Assembly (NCBI GenBank): GCA_965223865.1
Contig: OZ245020.1
Span: forward strand, 1,280,001 to 1,344,000
From: Nitrosarchaeum sp.
GTDB taxonomy: Archaea > Thermoproteota > Nitrososphaeria > Nitrososphaerales > Nitrosopumilaceae
Reading direction: 5' to 3'
DNA: 64,000 nt
Below the pieces are notes generated by a model that saw only the letters and a program-made list of their open reading frames with translations, did no database searches and was not told the DNA's origin. How positions within the stretch are numbered: position 1 is the stretch's first letter; each line of letters starts with the position of its first letter. A program made the translations under genes and the position numbers. Below are positions 57,491 to 64,000 of the stretch, one piece after another.

Positions 57491-58426
57491 ATGGATAAAA
57501 ATCTAATTGCGGGAATTCTCATAATCACAAGTCCAATCCTTGCTGCATTTGCCATGTTTCCTGACAGTTTTGATATGAGTTGGAATCAGGGAAGGGGAGA
57601 CTTTCTCTTTGCACTTGTGTTTGTGGTTGCAGAGCTTGTTGGACTAAAAATCATCATCTCTAAAAAGAGACTCATTCTTGCGGTTCCGTTTGTAGCTGCA
57701 ATGATCTCATATGTGATTGGACTGGAGTTTGGAATAAGAGAATATTTGTTGGAATCATCCAAGACATTTGACATACAGTTAGTGGATTCCTGGATACAGA
57801 TGTGGGACTTTGTACTGATGGCACTGTTCATAACTGCAGTTCTGAGTGTCTATTTTGGTACAAGATGGATAAGAATTGCACCTGCTGCTCCCATATTTCT
57901 GGGAGGTTCTGCAATCATTCTTTCACTGGATGCATTTTTCCCGTATGACACACTAGGACCATTACAGTATGTGGTACCTTTTCTGGTGCAGACAAATGTC
58001 TGGTTAGTATCCGTGTTTGATTTGGGTACGGCAGTTGCGCGAGATAACCTAATGTTTCTAAAGGGTGATTTTGGTTCCATGGCACTACAGGTGTTCTGGC
58101 CATCTGCAGGCGTTCACAGTGTCGTCATCTACTCCCTTGTCATGGGTGCATTCTTGCTAAAAATGAACATTCCACGAAATAGAAAATCTGCCTACTTTGC
58201 ATTAGGAATTGCAGGCACCATTGGAGTCAATGTAATCAGAATCTTTTCTCTTTCGTGGTATGCCCTAAAGGTGACAACAGATACAGAAAAATGGGAGGCT
58301 TTCCATGACATTGCAGGCAGCATAATGTTCTTGCCGTGGCTGTTTGTATTTTTGTTCATAGTAATTCTCGTTGAAACCAGAAGAATGAAAAAAACAGAAC
58401 AGATTGAATCTAAAATAACACCATGA
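57491..58426 (+). CDS. thaumarchaeosortase (exosortase/archaeosortase family)
   Basis: MSWNQGRG, VFWPSAGVHS (Ser at the catalytic Cys position), NVIRI and FHDIAG motifs, multiple TMs. Confidence 0.88.
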   Translation: MDKNLIAGILIITSPILAAFAMFPDSFDMSWNQGRGDFLFALVFVVAELVGLKIIISKKRLILAVPFVAAMISYVIGLEFGIREYLLESSKTFDIQLVDSWIQMWDFVLMALFITAVLSVYFGTRWIRIAPAAPIFLGGSAIILSLDAFFPYDTLGPLQYVVPFLVQTNVWLVSVFDLGTAVARDNLMFLKGDFGSMALQVFWPSAGVHSVVIYSLVMGAFLLKMNIPRNRKSAYFALGIAGTIGVNVIRIFSLSWYALKVTTDTEKWEAFHDIAGSIMFLPWLFVFLFIVILVETRRMKKTEQIESKITP

Positions 58427-58468
58427 TATTTTTAAGTATATTTTAAAAAAAAATAGAATTTTAGTTGA

Positions 58469-58669
58469 CTATACATAGTTTCTCTTATCATCTACAGGGT
58501 CTGGTTGCTCATCTAAGGAAGATCTAAATGTGAAACCACAAGAATTGCACTTGCCCAACCAAAAATATTCTGCATAAATATCTGATACCATCACACCGGT
58601 CCAGTTTCCACTAAAAACAATATCGTTACTTTTGCATTTTGGACATAATGATGATTCAATAGTTTTCAT
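58469..58669 (-). CDS. small zinc-ribbon protein
   Basis: CPKC...CNSCG motif. Confidence 0.7.
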   Translation of the reverse strand: MKTIESSLCPKCKSNDIVFSGNWTGVMVSDIYAEYFWLGKCNSCGFTFRSSLDEQPDPVDDKRNYV

Positions 58670-58686
58670 TCTCTACTATCTTTCTA

Positions 58687-59082
58687 TTAGTCAGTCTCAA
58701 GATGAGAACTAAATTCGTCAGAAACCATGTGTTTCCAATTTTCTATTGTATCGAGACATATACTTTCTATAAGGTATTGTCGATTTTCATCCATGGTCAA
58801 TTCTTTATCTTCAATTTTTTCTAGTGATTCCAGGGTTTTGATGTTTTCTTCAAAATACAAAGCACATGAATCATGTATCTTTTCTGAATCCTTAGCGGCA
58901 GTTATTATTTTGTCCAGTTCCTCCAAGTTTTTTGCATTAGATACTTTCTCAAGATATTCTTCCAAAGTCATGACATTATTTGTAGACAGTTTGTTCATCA
59001 ATACAAAATTGTCCACATAGACAAAAAATGATCCAAATCCCACAATTCCAATCAAGATAATTATCAAAACTATAGGTTTCAT
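58687..59082 (-). CDS. membrane-anchored hypothetical protein
   Basis: N-terminal TM followed by an acidic helical region with two Cys. Confidence 0.7.
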   Translation of the reverse strand: MKPIVLIIILIGIVGFGSFFVYVDNFVLMNKLSTNNVMTLEEYLEKVSNAKNLEELDKIITAAKDSEKIHDSCALYFEENIKTLESLEKIEDKELTMDENRQYLIESICLDTIENWKHMVSDEFSSHLETD

Positions 59083-59095
59083 TTTCTTTCTTCTA

Positions 59096-60091
59096 TCAAG
59101 GGATTAAACTCAAAATATGCTCTGCAGTCTCTTTGTTTTGTATTATGTTCATGTGATTTGTTCCCTCAATAACTACATGCTTTCCTTTATTGGATAAATC
59201 TGCTAACTCTTTACCCAAGAACATGTGCATTTCCCTTCTTTCATTTTCTGACATTTCTACCTCAGGCATATTGTTAAAATCCATCTCAGAGGCAGACATA
59301 GAAACAATTGGTAATGTTCCTCTTGGATAGTGAGCATGTTTTGTTTGTTCCAATGATTGCTCAAGATAGTTAACTTCTGATCTTATCGCATCAAAAGGAG
59401 GATTCCATGTGAAAAAATACTTGTACGTTTTTTGTGTGTCTTCATCAATTACATCTGAAGTGTTTTCAACAAAACCACCTAGTAAAGTCAAGATGCCAAG
59501 CTTGACGATGGCCTCTTCTATCCAGAAAGCAGACAGCAGTTCATGGTGTGTGCGATATATCTCATCTTTGTATTCTTGGCCAAAGTGATGATACTGATTG
59601 TAATGGCTTGAATCGATAAAGGCAATGCCTGCAACATCTTCTTCATGTTCTGCGCTGTAAATTAGGCTTACAGCACCTCCTAAGGAATGCCCTGCAAGAA
59701 TCAGAGGCCCTTTAATCTCGGCAGTGCTGAGTAGTTGATGCAATTCATCGGACATGTTTTTGGCATGTGCTGGTTCATTGTTTTGTCCACTCCATCCGTT
59801 TCCTGCGCGATCATAGGTGCAAGTGTGCACAGATTTGGACAATTCCTCCTGTAGATCGTAATACAAGGGACTCTGAACTCCCAGCCCTGCAATTATTACA
59901 ACAGTTGGTTGTTTGTCATTTTCTGGACCTGTACAATACAGGTGCATATCCATACCGTTAACCGAGTAGATTTTTCCAGGAGGATCGATTATTGGGACAC
60001 TATAATTGGCAATTTGTCCTGCGATGATAACACTGCCAATTAAAATGGCAACACCAACCCCAAAATATTTGAAAAATCTCTTAACTTGCAT
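59096..60091 (-). CDS. membrane-anchored alpha/beta hydrolase
   Basis: MHLYCTG, YDRAGNGWS, GHSLGG and GTNHMNI motifs, with an N-terminal TM. Confidence 0.92.
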   Translation of the reverse strand: MQVKRFFKYFGVGVAILIGSVIIAGQIANYSVPIIDPPGKIYSVNGMDMHLYCTGPENDKQPTVVIIAGLGVQSPLYYDLQEELSKSVHTCTYDRAGNGWSGQNNEPAHAKNMSDELHQLLSTAEIKGPLILAGHSLGGAVSLIYSAEHEEDVAGIAFIDSSHYNQYHHFGQEYKDEIYRTHHELLSAFWIEEAIVKLGILTLLGGFVENTSDVIDEDTQKTYKYFFTWNPPFDAIRSEVNYLEQSLEQTKHAHYPRGTLPIVSMSASEMDFNNMPEVEMSENERREMHMFLGKELADLSNKGKHVVIEGTNHMNIIQNKETAEHILSLIP

Positions 60092-60237
60092 GGTTTTCTT
60101 TCTTGTCTAACCTCTTGTGTCAAATGGGAAGTTCATAAATTCTTCTGATACTTTATACATGTGAAAAAGCAAATAATTTGAGAGGCATTAGTCAAGCAGA
60201 TTACAAGTTAAAACAAACCCAGTTTCTGTGAATCTTT

Positions 60238-60460
60238 CTAGAATGTTTTTGTTTTTTTCAGGAAAACCGAGATTACAATCATGTTTACTGCAGCAGCAGT
60301 AACAGATGAAATCAGAGATGCCAAGTATGCCTCAACATCAACCTCAAGAAAATAATACAAAGTAACCCATCTGACCACAAGATAAACTATCTCACCTACT
60401 CCAAACGAGAATGTCATTTTGATAATTTCTCTTCTGATTAGACTTGATTCCATCTGCCTC
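60238..60460 (-). pseudogene. 3' fragment of a multi-TM membrane protein
   Basis: MESSLIRREIIKMTFSFGVGEIVYLVVRW...LASLISS is coding-like. The 5' part of the listed ORF is the antisense of another fragment. Confidence 0.5.
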
Positions 60461-60597
60461 ATGATCAAGTTTGCAGAGTAATTCCTAATTATACTGAGCA
60501 AGCCTACAATGATCCTCACATGTACAGTTCAGATCCCGAAATGCAACTATATGAGTTTAGACAAGAATTTGGAGATTCATGGGCAGGTGGACACTGA
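60448..60597 (+). pseudogene. 3' fragment of an unidentified gene
   Basis: Open, coding-like stretch FHLPHDQVCRVIPNYTEQAYNDPHMYSSDPEMQLYEFRQEFGDSWAGGH* with no start at its 5' end. Confidence 0.45.
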
Positions 60598-60669
60598 TGA
60601 AAAAGAAGATGTACTGAAAGTATGCAAGTTTAAGGAAACTTAGCGGTTTTAATTTTTAGAACAAATTAG

Positions 60670-60912
60670 TCACTCATTTGGCTCAACAGGAGTCATTCCG
60701 ACATCATTTTCATATACTGGAATTTCATCAGGTGATGAGTTTCCTTCATACAATGGGATTTCTGAGATTCCAGGATATCCTGAAGGAGAAATATTTTCTA
60801 TGAAATGGCCAGAAGAGCCAAGATGAATCCCATAACCCGCATAGTTAAAAATCACTAGTCCCAAAAATACAATTCCAACTCCAATTACAATCAGCCGAAT
60901 AGCTTTTGGCAT
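60670..60912 (-). CDS. membrane-anchored hypothetical protein
   Basis: N-terminal TM, then a Pro/Glu-rich tail with EIPLYE/EIPVYE repeats. Confidence 0.7.
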   Translation of the reverse strand: MPKAIRLIVIGVGIVFLGLVIFNYAGYGIHLGSSGHFIENISPSGYPGISEIPLYEGNSSPDEIPVYENDVGMTPVEPNE

Positions 60913-60967
60913 GGTTTTTCTTGGATTTTCAGACTCATAAGGACTGCTGACCTTTACTGAGATAAAA

Positions 60968-61513
60968 TTAGATATTATTTGGATTTGACTTTCTCAACAA
61001 GACTCCTGTCAATCCCATAATTCCAACTAACCATACAGAATTAGAAATGATATTTTCTGGATTATTGTACATGAATGGAATGGCATCATGCAGGTTTGCT
61101 TTAATCATATTCGCTCTGTTATGAAGGTCCATCAAGCCGGTATGGTATGCAGAAGAATCTTCTGGAAGAATGGAAATTTTATCAGTACTTTTCAGCATAC
61201 TATCGACATCGTTCTGTATTCTAAGAAAGTTTGTGGACTCTGATGGGAATATCCAAACAGGGTTTTTTGAAATTACAATACCATTGGGATTAGTAGTTTC
61301 AGGAAGCCTGTTCATTACAAAATCCAGGCTGGTTTTGAGGTTCAATAGGAGATTTTCAATCAGTTCAGGATTAGAAGACTCCTCAATTTCATTTAAGTAC
61401 GATAAGCTTGATTCTATTGGAATATTTGCACTTTGATAAGAGGCACCTGCAAAAGAACTTCCAACAATTATTAGAATTGAAAAATAAATAATTTGTTTAT
61501 CGGAAGTCTCCAT
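60968..61513 (-). CDS. hypothetical protein with N- and C-terminal TM segments
   Basis: KNPVWIFP...TNF..IQ and SAYHTG segments between hydrophobic termini. Confidence 0.78.
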   Translation of the reverse strand: METSDKQIIYFSILIIVGSSFAGASYQSANIPIESSLSYLNEIEESSNPELIENLLLNLKTSLDFVMNRLPETTNPNGIVISKNPVWIFPSESTNFLRIQNDVDSMLKSTDKISILPEDSSAYHTGLMDLHNRANMIKANLHDAIPFMYNNPENIISNSVWLVGIMGLTGVLLRKSNPNNI

Positions 61514-61663
61514 GCGTGTTTTTTGGGATTCAATTTTATTATATTTTCCTAGGCGGTTTGCACGTCAAATACTGTTTACCGAGTATTGGCTCATGGGATT
61601 CGCCTCCTTTTTGGAGTCAAAAATGGACACAAATAGACACAAAATGATAATTTTTTGTAAAAA

Positions 61664-62971
61664 TTACTGACCAATAAAGCATCTCTGAAATTGCTTTAAC
61701 AATTCTAAATTACCTTGTACTTTGATTTTTCCAGAATTGATGGCACCAATTTCTTCTTTAGGAGAAGTTTCTTTGTTAACCATTTTGAGCCATAATTCAG
61801 AATCAGAAATTATTCTTAGATCAGCAGTTCCAACATGTTCATCCTTAACGTCTATAATTTCGTCTTTGATTATTATGGTTCCCTTTCTTGTTTCCTTTCC
61901 AGTAGATTCAAAATGAACAGTCATGTTAACGTCTCTTGCATGTTTTTGCTCAAATGCAACACGTACACCAGTAAGAAAGCTGTTAATTGAATTTGGTCTA
62001 AACACATTTCGTATTATTCGAACATCTTTGTTTGGGTTTTTTCTGGCATATTCTTCTGCATGAGTGTCTTTTGCAACATAGATTGGCTCTTTTTTGTTTG
62101 TAAGAGGTTTTAGGATGTTTTTTACCCAATCTTGAGGATTCGCCTTGTAGATTCCCACTTGATTTTCCCCTGCAGGACACACAGAAATGCAATATGCTGC
62201 CTTGTATTGAGGGCCGTAGGACAAGGATTGCCATTTTGAAACATTTTCACTATCATCAGATTTTTTTCTAAATTCCTTGACATTGTTTGACTCTACAATA
62301 GTTTCTATCCAATCTTCAAAACCACCCATAAAATCTCTATAATTATGAGTCATGCACCCATTGAAGTCAACTCCTTTTCGTACATCAAGTGCACCAACGG
62401 GACAGGATGCAACACATAACTGACATCCAATACATGGATCATAATCAATTGGTCTGTCATACTTGTCAACTTCTGAATCAATCAAAATTGAATCAAGCAA
62501 CATGAATGTACCAAACTTTGGATGAAGTATCATCCTGTTAATTCCAGTCTTACCAATTCCAGCTTGTTCAGCAATTGGCTTGTGACTAATTTCCCAGATT
62601 TTGCCAGCCCATCTATTCATGTCCATAGGGAAAACGGGATGGCATGCAACACCTCTAATGCTAATTTCATTTAGACGTTTGATGATTTTTCTTGCAATTA
62701 TTGACAAATCAGCATATGTTTTATGGAATTCTTCACTTGCCAAAGATCTTGATGGACTCTGAATGTTTTCAGGATTTGTTCTAACACAAAATGAGATTAT
62801 TGTTTTTGTCTTATAGTACAACCCCAAGGCTTCTTCTTTCACAGGTCCTAGTTCCTTACGATCTATCTCTACAAAACCTGCATCATCAGCACCTTCTTCC
62901 AAACAAATTTTTCGCAAAAGCTCTGATGATGCACCTTGAAACATTGTAAGTTTTTTCGCATTACTTTTCAT
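61664..62971 (-). CDS. QueG/reductive-dehalogenase-like 4Fe-4S protein fused to an SCP2 lipid-binding domain
   Basis: GADDAGFV, SHKPIAEQAGIG..GINRMILHPKFG, CIGCQLCVASCP and CISVCP motifs, then C-terminal ADLRIISDSELW...GKIKVQGN. Confidence 0.85.
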   Translation of the reverse strand: MKSNAKKLTMFQGASSELLRKICLEEGADDAGFVEIDRKELGPVKEEALGLYYKTKTIISFCVRTNPENIQSPSRSLASEEFHKTYADLSIIARKIIKRLNEISIRGVACHPVFPMDMNRWAGKIWEISHKPIAEQAGIGKTGINRMILHPKFGTFMLLDSILIDSEVDKYDRPIDYDPCIGCQLCVASCPVGALDVRKGVDFNGCMTHNYRDFMGGFEDWIETIVESNNVKEFRKKSDDSENVSKWQSLSYGPQYKAAYCISVCPAGENQVGIYKANPQDWVKNILKPLTNKKEPIYVAKDTHAEEYARKNPNKDVRIIRNVFRPNSINSFLTGVRVAFEQKHARDVNMTVHFESTGKETRKGTIIIKDEIIDVKDEHVGTADLRIISDSELWLKMVNKETSPKEEIGAINSGKIKVQGNLELLKQFQRCFIGQ

Positions 62972-63011
62972 TATACAGGTACTTTACAAAAGTAAGTAAA
63001 TAAGATAGCAA

Positions 63012-63027
63012 GTAACCTTTTGGTAAC
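63012..63027. promoter_or_regulatory. putative HxlR operator
   Basis: GTAACCTTTTGGTAAC, about 41 nt upstream of the 62971 start. Confidence 0.65.
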
Positions 63028-63076
63028 ATACTCAAAGACAAACCAAAAATGAAAAACAAAATAAGAAAAATAGAGT

Positions 63077-63394
63077 TTAAGGATTAGCCGTTTCTAGTTT
63101 ATCCTGTATTCTGTCATAGTATCCATTGAGTTCTGCTCCTGGAACATGGAATTCTGCTGTAACTATACTGCCAGGAGGAGAATTACAGTCAGGTACAACA
63201 TAACTATGACCTTTGCTTGTTTCAACCACACATCCAGCCTCAATTACTGCAATAACTTCTACATTTTCAGTTACTTGTGCAGGAATGTAGTTCCAAGGAT
63301 TGATGGTGATAGCTACAATAGCAATTGTTGCTCCAGTAATTAACAGTACCATCATTAATGTAGGTTTTTTGTCATCTTTTTGTTGTTGAAACAT
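63077..63394 (-). CDS. membrane-anchored small beta-barrel protein with two Cys
   Basis: TM, then GCVVET...DCNSPPG...GYYDRIQD. Paralog of 56049..56369. Confidence 0.8.
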   Translation of the reverse strand: MFQQQKDDKKPTLMMVLLITGATIAIVAITINPWNYIPAQVTENVEVIAVIEAGCVVETSKGHSYVVPDCNSPPGSIVTAEFHVPGAELNGYYDRIQDKLETANP

Positions 63395-63438
63395 TTGTAT
63401 TCCTAATCATTACAACAATATCAAAGATAAATTAGCAA

Positions 63439-63454
63439 GTTACCAAAAGGTAAC
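63439..63454. promoter_or_regulatory. putative HxlR operator
   Basis: GTTACC-AAAA-GGTAAC with perfectly inverted 6-bp arms, about 45 nt upstream of the 63394 start. Confidence 0.7.
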
Positions 63455-63543
63455 ATAGAATAATTTAGGATTTTAAAATTGTTACATTTATAAAGTTGCT
63501 GTATAAAGTAAAGTTATTAAATACAATTCAATTTTAGAATAAT

Positions 63544-63960
63544 ATGATACCCCTACAACAACATCTAGATGAATTTGGGATGAAAACTTGTCCTCTCGAG
63601 GTTAGTTTAAGCATAATTGGGAAAAAATTTACCATTCACATTGTAAGAAACATGCTTTTGTTAAAGCAAAAACGATTCAACGAATTTCTAAATTCCATGG
63701 AAGGAATCAGCACCAAAACCCTATCAGTACGCCTAAAAGAGATGGAGGATGCAGGTTTGATTAATCGCAACATCATTGAAAGAAGACCATTGAAAGTAGA
63801 GTACTCTCTTACTGAAAAAGGAGAAGCACTTGCTCCAATCATGATACAGATGGCAAACTTTTCCATGCATTGGGAATCAAAAAAAGTTTTCAAAAATAAA
63901 AAACCTTCAACAATTAAGGAAACGTTTGGAACTGAGCGATTAGCTAAAGTTTGGGATTAG
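63544..63960 (+). CDS. HxlR-family (DUF24) winged-helix regulator
   Basis: CPLEVSLSIIGKK, KRFNE, ISTKTLSVRLKEME and VEYSLTEKG motifs. Confidence 0.93.
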   Translation: MIPLQQHLDEFGMKTCPLEVSLSIIGKKFTIHIVRNMLLLKQKRFNEFLNSMEGISTKTLSVRLKEMEDAGLINRNIIERRPLKVEYSLTEKGEALAPIMIQMANFSMHWESKKVFKNKKPSTIKETFGTERLAKVWD

Positions 63961-63986
63961 AATTCAACCGTTTCTAATAAAAACAT

Positions 63987-64000
63987 GTTACTTTTTGGTA
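63987..64000. promoter_or_regulatory. third putative HxlR operator, truncated by the window end
   Basis: (AT)GTTACTTTTTGGTA matches the other two sites in the opposite orientation. Confidence 0.55.

Overview
This AT-rich archaeal window is almost certainly from an ammonia-oxidising thaumarchaeon (Nitrosopumilaceae). The assignment rests on the thaumarchaeosortase, three DUF6659-like roadblock proteins, archaeal RpoK, Alba, eS25, eS26, PolB1, ThrRS, PPDK and methylmalonyl-CoA epimerase. A core backbone (about 13.5-53.9 kb) carries trpEGDCBA without trpF, pyrG, NAD kinase-wHTH, speB, thrS, deoxyhypusine synthase, rpoK, menA, parvulin, a Hef helicase, polB, tpiA, ppdK and mce. Accessory regions flank it on both sides. 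The left region (about 4.5-13.4 kb) is an ion-homeostasis locus. There, a pore-less protein resembling an S1-S4 voltage sensor, with a Lys-based S4, sits directly upstream of a CPA2 cation/H+ antiporter; this is my best candidate for an undescribed system. The right region (about 54-64 kb) starts with an eroded fragment resembling protein-primed PolB. It continues with a His/Met/Cys-rich putative metal-handling cluster that includes an unannotated 42-aa His-rich peptide, then the thaumarchaeosortase, then an HxlR regulon with a visible GTTACC-N4-GGTAAC operator. I also found about 10 small ORFs missing from the supplied track, several structured intergenic elements, three probable 1-nt frameshifts and two back-to-back junctions of 3' gene fragments. 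No rRNA, canonical tRNA, CRISPR array or intact transposase was seen. All product calls come from motif recognition by eye, not database searches.
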